A stretch of 63,774 nt of DNA, counting the filler, from Octopus bimaculoides (lineage: Eukaryota): assembly GCF_001194135.2 (NCBI RefSeq). It is 8 parts of 8 records of this genome, joined end to end, with 100 filler letters (N's around TTAATTAATTAA, not from the genome) between each part and the next. Parts side by side here need not be neighbours in the genome. Positions count along the whole stretch, not along the records: positions 6,237 to 26,943 come from NC_069005.1; positions 27,044 to 34,896 come from NC_068989.1; positions 34,997 to 46,864 come from NC_068986.1; 5 more parts are not named here. One strand, given 5' to 3'. Positions 24,952 to 35,790 of the stretch are shown piece by piece. The notes under the pieces are model-generated. The model was given only the letters and a program-made list of their open reading frames with translations, had not been told where the DNA came from and did not search any database. Position 1 is the first letter of the stretch. Every line of letters starts with the position of its first letter. The translations under genes were made by a program, and so were the position numbers.

Positions 24952-26890
24952 TTGATATTATTTTAAACTGTCGTGAGTCCAAATTTGGCCAGATGCTTTC
25001 TTTTCAATATTTAATTTTGCTTACAATAGCCGCTTCTTTTGATCAAAATATTTTATCACTAGCTGCTTCAGATGAAAATTATCAAAGTATGGTACAACGG
25101 GTTAGCATTCTCACTGAATATATCATACATGCATGGAGTTACGATTTTATGCAGCCAAGAAAACATCATTGTTAATTTGAAACTTTTATTAATGTAAAAA
25201 GAAATGAAATGGCGGAGCTATATTTTCATTCTCTGGAAAAGCAACGTTTTGGGCTTCCGACACTTTTGCATAATAACAACGTTATAAGTTCCATATGACT
25301 ATATGTCTTCGGTACTAAAACGCGTCCATCTCTTCAAGTGTTAGGAAAATGCTGAGAGGTTAGAGGCAAATTCGATATCGTTTCTAGCTTTTAGATCTCT
25401 GGTGGACAACTCAGACATGTGGTCATAATGCTGAAAAACATTTTCTCTAGATCTATTGCCACATCTTACATGCCAGGTAGGTTCTGGGACAAATTTGATG
25501 GCAGGTTATTGTATAGTACGTTTTGTGATATTAGTTTCCGTTGGATAGTAGGGCACCACATTGAAATGGGTCAGTGTTGTGTGCAAGCATTTTAATTATC
25601 GTTGACTTAGACTACAGATACATTAGAGGCAGATGTCATTAAATAAAATACTTTGGATATGAGATCGGAAGAGCAGCTTGGGTGGGTTTTCGTCTATGCA
25701 GACAGCAGGAACTGAATACAATGCACTTCCTTGTGGAACGGCTGCGAATATCTGGATTGTCGTTTGCCGATGCTACAGAGCGGACGTTTCGAAACGGTTG
25801 TAGGGATAAACATTTGACATAACGGAATATAAGAAAACAAAGAAAATAAAAGGCACCGGAATATAGAGGTTGTTATTCTGGGTATTTCCACCAGGACTGG
25901 AAGAGAAATGATATACAATAAGACTCAATTCTGAATGATGTTGAGAATTTACATACAAATAATAATATACACACGTAGATAGTTATCTATATTTAACACA
26001 CATATGTATATATATATGCGTTATGTATGCATGTACGTGTGCGTGTACATATATATCTTTTTATCTTTTATTTTTTTAATTTTTTTCTTTTTATTTTTAT
26101 AATCCTTTCCTTATTTTATTCTTCTTAACATTCCCGATGACCAATCCTTCCCAATGCCCTGTCACTTACCTTCTTCCTCCTCTCTATCCTCCACACTACC
26201 CTACAACTACTTTCCTCTATCTCCTCATTAGCCTCTCTTTCCCTTTCTTTCTCTTTCTTTCTCTGATTCCTTCTCCTTTCATTTTGCTCAATAGCCACTT
26301 CTCGTGTCATTGTCTCATAAAACAACCACCTCAATATAAACACACCATTCCCGTGAAAATACTAATCATACTTTTCTATAACACTCCCTGGATTTACCTA
26401 AGATTTTTTCCTAAGGACATACAGATTAACACCCATACGATCCGAAAAATGAACTGTGAATTTTATTTCTTTATTTCCTTACTCCCTACTCCTTTACTTA
26501 TTATCTGTGAATTTTACACGTCTAGATCTCTTATCTGATTATTTCCATGCCTTGACCTTTCATATTTTCTCTTTTATTCCCTGATGAAAGAATACTCCAT
26601 ATTCAGGCATATACGCCTATCACTTGAGATATCCCAGAAACAGCTGTAAGATCTCAACTGATTCAAGAATAATAATGTATATGACTTGAGATGTTTGTTA
26701 TACCTTGGCGTTTGTTTTCTTCTTTCACAAATATATATATATATATGCTATATCGGAAACCTAAAATAGTTCAATAGTTCACTTCTCGGTTACAAGCTTG
26801 GAGCCCTGGCAACCCGTTACAGCACTTACCAAGCGTAATTCGGTTACATCACACAGTGAAGTAAACGTCCATATTTGTATATATATATTG

Positions 26891-26943
<53 letters not shown>

Positions 26944-27043
26944 NNNNNNNNNNNNNNNNNNNNNNNNNNNNNNNNNNNNNNNNNNNNTTAATTAATTAAN
27001 NNNNNNNNNNNNNNNNNNNNNNNNNNNNNNNNNNNNNNNNNNN
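26944..27043. other. Artificial scaffold linker
   Basis: 44N-TTAATTAATTAA-44N. Confidence 0.97.
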
Positions 27044-27130
27044 TTGCACCATATGATCTCTACCTTACATAGGGGATAAACCCTAAGTGGGGGTGGGAAA
27101 TCTTTAGAAGTGTTCATGGGGGACAGTCAC

Positions 27131-27252
27131 GGTACTGGTGAGGAAGATATGAACTTCCGGTACTGATGTAGAAGATATGAACTTCCGGTACTGATGTAGA
27201 AGATATGAACTTCCGGTACTGGTGTAGAAGATAGGAACTTCCGGTACTGGTG
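27131..27252 (+). repeat. 28-bp minisatellite, 4.3 copies (GGTACTGATGTAGAAGATATGAACTTCC)
   Basis: Units start at 27131, 27159, 27187, 27215 and 27243. Confidence 0.9.
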
Positions 27253-27488
27253 GAGGGGTGGAAGGGCGGGTGCACCAAACCCGCGCGGAGCAAGGAGTTA
27301 ATCGAAGGGGGAGGAGAAGAGATATAGAGAGGGAAATAGACATAGTGAAATAGATATCGGGAGAGACAGATTAAAACAGAGAGGGAGTGAAATCGAAGGA
27401 GAAGGATTAAAAGAGAGAGGGTTATTCAAAAGCATGAGGTATTTTAGGGATTTCTATCGCTTGGACACAGTANNNNNNNNNNNNNNNN

Positions 27489-27525
<37 letters not shown>

Positions 27526-27544
27526 GTATGTATGCTAGGCAACC

Positions 27545-27935
27545 AATCACTACACCTTCAAACCATATGTACTTGGTTTTCATATGGTTAATCTTCAGAT
27601 CAACTGCCAAACTTCTGAAATCCAGTTCATCGAGCATGGTCTACAGCTGATTGGTGCTCTCTGTTATCAGCTCTGTGTCATCAGCAAATCTTAGATGGAT
27701 GAGCAGTTCTGTGTTTATCTTTATGCCTCTGTTCCAGTTCGTGTCTCATATGACCATCTTGAGACATGCTGTGAAGAGCCGAGGAGAGATGGTGTCTCCT
27801 TGCTTGACACCCTTCTTCACTGGAATATTCACTGATGAGGATAATAGGGCCACATTCATTGTACACCAGGTATTCACTTCCTTAAGGAGGGTGATATACT
27901 ATGACATCACACCTTGTTTCCTGATAGCTTGCAGT
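27545..27935 (-). mobile_element. RTE-clade LINE RT fragment (inverted segment)
   Basis: Minus translation LQAIRKQG..IPVKKGCQ/GDTISPRLF..HLRFADD (27677-27688)..LKINHMKTKY, with stops and a frameshift. Confidence 0.85.
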
Positions 27936-28345
27936 ATTATACTCATGCAAGACTTGGGCCTTGATGAAGAGAGAACAACATCTGCTTATGCCACAGAGAG
28001 CCATAGAAAGGGTGATGCTGCGAATGTCACTAAGAGATCACATTCGGAATGAGGAGATCAAGGATAGAACTGAAGTGAAGGACATTGTTGCAGAATACCA
28101 TCATGCAAAGCTACAACAGGCTGGTTATGCGGCAAGGTTCACAGACAATCGGTGGATATCACATCGGTATCTGCACAAGTGGAAGACACCACTCGGAAGA
28201 CTTCCAATCAGGTGGGAATATGATTCAAGAAAAATGTTTGGAGCAATGTGGAGGAAAATGGTGAAAGCACAAGGGAATGAAGTAAATGCTGTGGCAAGTG
28301 GAGCTGACTTGGCCAATCACCCTGGTCAATCCAGGTGACCAGATG
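27931..28345 (+). mobile_element. RTE-clade LINE 3' end (forward segment)
   Basis: AVLYSCKTWAL..QRAIERVML..SLRDHIRNEEIKDRTEVKDI..AGYAARFTDNRW..GRLPIRW is the RTE C-terminal pattern; ends in (TATG)n. Confidence 0.85.
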
Positions 28346-28393
28346 ATATGTATGTATGTACACACATTTATGTATATGTATGTATGTATGTAT

Positions 28394-28471
<78 letters not shown>

Positions 28472-28474
28472 CCT

Positions 28475-31400
28475 TATCTTTTCTTTTATCTTTTACTGGT
28501 TTCAACCAGTGGCTAAGGCTATGCTGGGGAACCACCTTACAGTGTGATTAGATTTCTTTTCAAATGAAGTATTGTTCCTGATGAAGTAGTGAGCTGGATG
28601 GAGCTGCTCTTCTTTGTACCTCCTGTTGTGATTTGGGCTTACCTGGTATCTCAGATAAAAAATTTTCCAGATGTTCTTTGCAGATCTCCACATATACACT
28701 TTGCAAATATCTGAGGCTGTTTGGCAGAGTGGTGAATAGTTGCGGACTCTTGAAACCCAGGCTGTTACAATACTTTGTCCTTATTCTAGATGGAGGAGAA
28801 AGATCTTTGGTATTATGCAGTGCTGTCCATGTCAGTTGCTAGTATAACTTTCAGTTCTAAAGTTAGAGATAGATCTTCTGGCATCTTCTATATGTACATC
28901 ACTACACATCTTTCATGCCTTCTTCCTAGGGAGTAGAGCTTCAGTTCCTTTAGAAGCTCATCTCTTGCACTGAGTCAATCACCTTTGTATAGTGGCACTG
29001 GACTGCCTCAAGTTCAGTCACAAGTTTGACATTCTGCAGTGACCACAAAAAGATATCCAAATGACTGAGAACAAAAGTTCATATGAGTAGCATGATATCC
29101 TTCTTGGTTTGAATGATCTCAGAATCCATCCAGCTACTTGCCTGCAGTGTTGCCATCTTGGTAATATGTACATGAAAAGTTGCATCATTACTCATGTGGA
29201 TTGTGATGTCATGCACTGACATGACTCTGGGATTGCATTACACCCTGATTCTGTGTATTCGAACTGTAGTCTGTTTGTGGGCCAACAGTAGAGTGCTTGA
29301 AACTTATCAGCATTGAACTGCATGTTATTTTCATTAGCCCATTTATATACTGCATTCAGGTTGTTTCGCAGTTTTAGGATATCAGGGTCCTTGACCACCT
29401 GTGACACTTTTGTATCATCAGCATAGCTAGTGAGAGAGATTGACTGTATGGCTGAAAATAAATCTTATAGAGCCACCACAAACAGTAGTGACCCAGTATA
29501 GTTCCCTGAAGGACTTTGCTGAAAATTTAAGGCACCATTGACTGCAACTGTGTGATGTTTGCCTTTTAAAAAGTCATGCAACCACTCACAATTTTCCAGT
29601 AATATTAAGGTCATGGAGTTTGTGACATATCACATCCACATTTGAGTGGTTGAGCTGATGTTTCAGTACTTAGTTATAATGCTGTAGTAGCTGGATAAGA
29701 TATCTCCTCCCAAGACAGAGACAATGTTTAATGTTTGTGAGCAAGTTATTTTCTTCCTGGAACCCGACAAACCTCCTTCTCACAATGCATTCCATGACCT
29801 TACTAACATGTGAGATCAGAGAGAGATAGGCCATAATTTTTAGCATCTGCTCTGTTTCCTCCTCCTTGGATAGAGTATAATACACTTTCTTTTAACATTT
29901 CAAGGAAACTGAAAAAGCATCTGCAGTAGTTTTTCAAAAGCTTTCTTGTATGTCCTAAAAAGAACAACAGGAAATTCTTCTGGACCTATTGCTGAATTTG
30001 TGTTCATCTCATCAATGACCAATATTATATCTTCCTCCTTTGTCAATGTAATTGATGGCTGTTTCTTTTCCATGTGGAATTGCAGTGTTGAAGAACTCAT
30101 CAGGCTTGCTTATTTGCATATTTCCCTGGGGAAAGGTGAAGACACTTTGGAACTGTTTCTATACCACTTCACTTAATCTCCTTAGGTCAGCAGTTTGTGA
30201 GGCATTGTCTTCAAGCAAGTGGCTCTATTTCAAAGTGCACTGTTTCGGATTCTTTTGCAAACTTGTAGAAAGTTTTTAGGGTACATTTTTATATTTTCTA
30301 CTATCCTGGCTTCTCCTTGTTCCTTTTCTTTTTCATGGGAGAGTTTGAGTTTACTTTCAATCTCTAAGGGTGCCTCTTTGAGGTGGGTTTTTTTTGCTGT
30401 CATTAAGTTGTTTATTTAAGCTGTTGGACATCTTTATTCTCCATCTCATAAGAAGTCTCCTGTCTCACACAATGATGCTTTTGTATGTATTGGCTATCTT
30501 TTCTGGGACAAATTTAATGCATATGGCCTGCATTATTGACATGAATTCTTTAAGTTTTATGTCTATATCTTGAATAGTAAGACTTTTAAGTCAGTTTTGC
30601 TGAAGTATCTGTTTTTCAATTGGCTTCCAATCAGCCTTGGAGAAGTTTAAACTGGATAGTGTTTGGGTGCCATCTTAATTACTTTTGGACTATACATTGT
30701 TAGTTCTATCATATTGTAGTCTGAGAAAATTGTCAATGATAACTTCATACTGTGAATAAGTTCCGCATTGTTGGTGAAGCAGAGGTCTAAGATGTTATTG
30801 TATCAGGGTGGAGAGAATATGGTTTGCTCTGTGAACATAATTTTTGTGAGACCAAGCAGAGATTCTTTCTGCTTGATTGTACTCTTTGCATGTCATTCCT
30901 GTGAATACATCACTTTCCAGGGATCTGATGTTTAGGAAGTTGAAGTCAACCATCAGATGTACATTAATGCATTGATCTAGTTTTGCAAGTACTTTTATTA
31001 AATTTGACATTGAGATTTGAGGTGTCAAATGGATGATAGACTGTGCATAATACCACATCAAGTTGCTTCAAATGTACTATGAGTGTGTCACTGACTGAGT
31101 TTGAATGTGACAACAGGGTTAGTGGTGTGACATCTTCACAGATGTACAACACAACTTCACCATGACTTCTTTTTCTTCTGTCTATATAGAATACAACATA
31201 CATTGGTATGTGTATGTCTGCATCATTTATATCTGTAGACAGATGTGTCCCTGAAAGTGCAATGCATATTGATTGCTTGCAGAAATATTTCTCAGATACA
31301 CAACTTTTCATTCGTTGTTTTGTAGGAGGCCTCTGATATTCATTAATAGAACTGGTATGATGGTCAGCTTTGTGGCAATCCTGGGTTAGGGTTAGGGTTA

Positions 31401-31480
31401 TTATTTGTGGTGGTCTTGTATGTGGGTGTGCATGGCTTGTTTGCAACCATGCCAATGACTGTACTGTCTTTTGTGTCACA
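28475..31480 (-). mobile_element. Decayed CR1/L2-group LINE: APE endonuclease, RT and 3' tail
   Basis: Endonuclease motifs IALSGTHL..DRRKRSHGEVVLYI, MVDFN, NNILDLCFTN (~30770-30800). RT motifs NSAIGPEEFP, LSLISHVSKVME, QGTILG, YADD (29414-29425), WANENNMQFNADKFQ. Many stops and frameshifts. Confidence 0.9.
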
Positions 31481-31574
31481 CTTAAAAAATTCTGCTGCTC
31501 TACACACACACACACACTGCTGCGCAGATGCATACACATACATCCAAGCTTGTTTACCAGTGTACATATATATA

Positions 31575-31866
31575 TTTTTTATCTTTTACTTTTTCTGTCA
31601 TTAGACAGGCTATGCTAGGGCACCGCATTGAAGAATTTTAGTCAAATAAATTGACCCCAGTAATTATTTTATTTTTCAATTCAGTACTACTTATTCTATC
31701 AGTCTCGTTTGTTGAACCACTAAAGTATGAGGACATAAACACATCAGACACAAAGACACACAAACATATACTGGATGGGCTTCTTTCCGTTTCCATCTAC
31801 CAAATCCACTCACAAAGCTTTGCTTGATCCAAGGTTTTAATAGAAAACACTTGTTGAAGGTGCCAT
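31575..31866 (-). mobile_element. SINE family A, head cut off at the RTE tail junction
   Basis: Tail TCTTTTACTT..GCTATGCTAGGGCACC; body GGGCTTCTTTCCGTTTCCATCTACCAAATCCACTCACAAAGCTTTG; stops at AAGGTGCCA. Confidence 0.8.
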
Positions 31867-31869
31867 ATA

Positions 31870-32950
31870 TATGATGATGATTGCCATTTCTTTACAGAAC
31901 AAGGCCATCTCTTCAATTAATAAATACTGTCATGAGATCTTATATGACTAGCAAGCCCTGCTCTTGACAAACAAACTCTACTGCAGATCTTACAAATATT
32001 TTTAAGCAGAAAAGTGTTTGGGATTGTAGTTAAGTCCTGTCTACGAAGTGCTCATTTCAAGATAGATTGTTCAATTCTTTGAGCTGCAAATGCTTTACAT
32101 CTATTGTAGATCATTTGTTTCCAAACAGATCAATCTTGCGTCATCTGCTCCCAGTCTTTAACTTTCACATTAAGATTCTAAAGATTGCTTCTGGCAACAT
32201 CCCTAAAACGTTTCTTAGGTTTATGTCTCGGACGTTTGCCACACTGCAACCCCCTGTAAAACAACTGCTTTGGCAACCTGTCATCCTGCATCCTAGCAAG
32301 GTGCCCAACCCAATGCATCTGATTGTGTATGAGGATCATTTCAACACTGGATGTGTTAGCTTGCTGAAGAACAATGGTGTCTGGTGTTAAAGACTTTCAT
32401 TTGATGTCTAGTATCCTTAGAAAGTCTGATGGAATCTTTCTAAAGCCTTGATGTGGCACTGATATGTCATCCAGCTCTCATGAGACCATTAAAATGCAAG
32501 ATTCATATATACTAAGCTTGGTTTTGAAGGTGATACCTCTATCAGATCACACACGATTTTCAAGCCTTCAAAATGCTTTGTTGGCTTTTTCAATTCTCAG
32601 GTTTATTTCAGAATCAAGGGATCCATCTCTAGAGAGAGTGCTGCCGAGGTAGATGAATGAGTAAACCACATCTAATCTTGCACCCTGGACAAACTGTTAG
32701 GTTCCACATAGGGTTGGCCTGGTTGCTGAGAGAACTTGATCTTTGTTTTATTTAAACTGATGGTAAGTCCAAAAGCAACAGAAGCTCTAGAGAAGAGATC
32801 CTGCATGTCCTCCTTGGTGTGAGCAACAAGAACTGCATCATCAGCATAAAGGAACTCTTGAACAAGGGCCTGGATTGTCTTCGACTTTGCATTAAAGCGT
32901 TTAACATCAAAGACCTTACCTGTGGTTTTGAAGTGAATACAGAGGCCAAT
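31870..32950 (-). mobile_element. RTE-BovB-like LINE, 5'-truncated
   Basis: GLCIHFKTTGKVFDVKRFNAKSK..QEFLYADD (32837-32848)..FSRASVAFGLTISLNKTK..QPGQPYVEP; C-terminal CKICSRVCLSRAGLASHIRSH zinc finger; (ATC)n tail. Confidence 0.88.
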
Positions 32951-32954
32951 ATAT

Positions 32955-33140
32955 ATATCATCATCATCATCATTGTAATATAGCATCTGTTTTCCATACT
33001 AGCATGGTTTGGAAGAGTTCACAGGATCTGACAAGCCACAGGACTGCATCATGCTCCAATGTCAGCTTTGGCATGGTTTCTACAGCTAGATAACATTTGT
33101 AATGTCAGCCACTTTTCTGTGTGGACTGGGTGCTTTTTTA
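32955..33140. mobile_element. Degenerate dispersed repeat (probable SINE tail)
   Basis: (CAT)n followed by TTTCCATACTAGCATGG..GGTTTCTACAGCTAGAT; recalled as an octopus repeat, no second copy in this window. Confidence 0.35.
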
Positions 33141-34383
33141 CAGCACTAGTGCAACTAACAAAATAAAGAAAAAGAGAAAGGAAAAGCCACTCAACAGAAT
33201 TGGGGCTAATCTGAGAGAATTGGAGGTAACTTTATGCTAGATGTTGAAAGGTGCTAAAGTGCTAGGGGGTGCTGAAACATTCCTGGCTTTAAGGGTATCA
33301 CCAAAGGCCTGGTTGGAGGTCCAACCTTTTGAGTTCTTTTACAGGGCTTAGAAAAACTGAAGGACTACTGCAAAAAGTGTGTGAATCTGAGAGGAGAACA
33401 TATTGAATAAGATGATAATTAACTGAGACTCCTGGATTTTCTTTTATCCAAAGCCAGGAACATTTTGCAGCCCATCATATGGTGGAGAGACAAGCGATGT
33501 TTGGTGATAAGGTGCCAGAGGTAACGATGTTACTGATGAGGTGTCAGAGTGTACTCTCAAGGTACAAGAAGTTGAGTATAACAGAGAACATGAACAGAGG
33601 ATCAGTAGTGCAAACTTGGGTAAGTTGACAAGAGCATGAGAAGAGTGACATATGGTTAGAGATGGAAGCAGAGGTGAAAGTAGTGAATAAGGGTGGAGGT
33701 ATGGTTGATGGTGAATATCAGTATGGAGTGGGGAAAGCGAAGAATATAGAAGTGGCTCAGAAAAGAAGAATGTGACAGGAAGGGTGGAGAAAAGCACTAT
33801 CTTGTATTCTTTAGTCCTTTCATCTGCAAATTATTTTTGTAATTTTTTATATCATTTGCTTTTATTCAGTTATGCATGTGCCATTTTATTCAACACATTT
33901 TAAATTTGCTTAAATAAAGGATGACAAATCTTTTAATGTAATTAATGTATGTGCATTCATACATGAAATTCTTCAGTAATGAATAACACTATAATACTAG
34001 TCTTTTTTTTTACTTTTTACTGACCAAATTACTGTAATCATGTCCAATTCTGACCTTCCTTACATTGTAAATACACTGAGTGAATCTTGTGTATATATTT
34101 AGACTTGAATCATAGATATAAACAAGATGTTCCTTTATCTGATGAGTTAGCTTTCTTTATTTGCATTAATTTGTGAATATACAATTCTATTGTCTAAAAG
34201 CAAACATACATATTAATGCAAACATGTGTATATAGAGAATGAAATATGAAAGTTAGAAAGAATATGAGAAATAGATTCAATTAGAGAGCATATATTTCTC
34301 TCTATGCAGAGAATCTCCCTTTATTTATAGTTGTTTGAGTAAAGAAAGAGGCCCCAGGATTTAATTCAAATATTTTGCACTAA

Positions 34384-34500
34384 AAGTTTGGTCCCACTCC
34401 TGAACTATATGGCTGTTATATTGACGACTGTATCGGTGCAACCTCACTCTCCCGTGAACATCTAGACTCCTTCCTCTCTTTTGTCAAATCTTTCTATCCA
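34384..34500 (+). pseudogene. Penelope-like element RT catalytic-motif fragment (too short for the ORF track)
   Basis: The frame starting at 34390 reads GPTPELYGCYIDDCIGATSLSREHLDSFLSFVKSFYP; YIDDC.G..FV..F.P is the PLE RT motif-5 context. Confidence 0.75.
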
Positions 34501-34788
34501 CATACATACTCTCTTACACACACATGCACCTTCGTTTTGGGATCACTACTACATTGTTATCTCTCCTTCTTAGCTCTCCTGTGTGACCCTTCTGTCTGGC
34601 ATTTGCCATGATAGATTACTAACCACAACACACATTTTTTTCTCTCCTTCTTTTCTTCTGTGTTCCTTTCTGTGGAAGAGCGTAAGCTCAAAATGTTAGA
34701 CTTTTTCAATTCTTGAGCGTTATGCTAATACATCTGTTTGTTTTCTACACCACGTGTCTTCGTCTTGTGTTTTTTTGTGAATTTTCCA
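34500..34788 (+). mobile_element. Penelope pLTR-like repeat, copy 1
   Basis: Homologous to the reverse complements of 46965-47400 and 55791-55960 (e.g. CACCTTCGTTTTGGGATCAC; TAATACATCTGTTTG..GTCTTCGTCTT); contains a decayed hammerhead at 34666-34701. Confidence 0.7.
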
Positions 34789-34896
34789 TATATATATATA
34801 TATATATATCCAAATATATATGTGTGTATATATATATATATACATATACATAGATATATATATATGTGTATGTATATATACATATATATATATATA

Positions 34897-34996
34897 NNNN
34901 NNNNNNNNNNNNNNNNNNNNNNNNNNNNNNNNNNNNNNNNTTAATTAATTAANNNNNNNNNNNNNNNNNNNNNNNNNNNNNNNNNNNNNNNNNNNN
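34897..34996. other. Artificial scaffold linker
   Basis: 44N-TTAATTAATTAA-44N. Confidence 0.97.
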
Positions 34997-35207
34997 ATAT
35001 ATGTGTGTGTGTGTGTGTGTGGGTGTGTGTCTGTGTGGGTGTGTGGGTGTATGTATGTGTGTGTATGCATGTATATATATACATATGTATATATATATAT
35101 ATATAGGATTTACTATTCGTAATGAGATTAAAAAAAACAAGGCTGTGTGCATTATAGGACATTTATAAATAGGTCTTACAGCTCTTTCCATTAATTACAT
35201 TAACTAC

Positions 35208-35373
35208 ATTATTTACATTCGACGGATATTTGTCCTCATGTTGTTTGTTGTTAACACAGCGTTTCGGCTGATATACTCTCCAGCCTTCTTCAGGTGTCTT
35301 GGGGAAATTTCGAACTGGGTTCTCATTCCAAAGGTATTTTTCGATGTTATTATTATGATTATGATTATTATTA

Positions 35374-35460
<87 letters not shown>

Positions 35461-35583
35461 GTTGTTATTGTTATTGCTATTGTTTTTGTTGTTGTTGTTG
35501 TTCAGGTCACTACTTGCAATCGAACTTAGAATCTTGGAGTTAGTAGCCCTCGCTCTTAACCACTACGCCATATGCCCGTGGGG
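35208..35583 (-). mobile_element. SINE family C, full-length, with expanded internal (AAT)n
   Basis: Minus-strand head CCCACGGGCATATGGCGTAGTGGTTAAGAGCGAGGGCTACTAACTCCAAGATTCTAAGTTCGATTGC; tail matches 3548-3700. Confidence 0.9.
35253..35298 (-). ncRNA. Hammerhead fold in SINE C, one substitution at U16.1
   Basis: GACAC CUGAAGA A GGCUG-gagaguauau-CAGCC GAAA CGC U GUGUU. Confidence 0.6.
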
Positions 35584-35584
35584 A

Positions 35585-35631
35585 TAATAATAGTGATAAT
35601 AACAACAACAACGACAACAATAACAACAACG

Positions 35632-35681
<50 letters not shown>

Positions 35682-35706
35682 GACGATGAATACCATGACG
35701 ACACGG

Positions 35707-35751
<45 letters not shown>

Positions 35752-35790
35752 CGACGATCATGACGACGACGATGATGGTAATGGTAATAG
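35585..35790 (+). repeat. (AAT)/(AAC)/(GAT) compound microsatellite
   Basis: Visible. Confidence 0.9.

Noticed and set aside
26581-26610. Hammerhead CTGATGA..GAATA/TATTC
   Set aside because: Stem II is present but followed by AGGC instead of GAAA; at best a dead relic.
27131-27252. CRISPR-like array
   Set aside because: Units are contiguous with no unique spacers; eukaryotic context and no cas genes.
31383-31400. (GGGTTA)3 as an interstitial telomere
   Set aside because: Only three units, at the 5' part of a LINE; compatible with chance or low-complexity coding.
33150-33800. Coding region from the 117-aa minus ORF at 33444-33797
   Set aside because: Biased S/L/P/H composition from a purine-rich opposite strand; no motif recognised.
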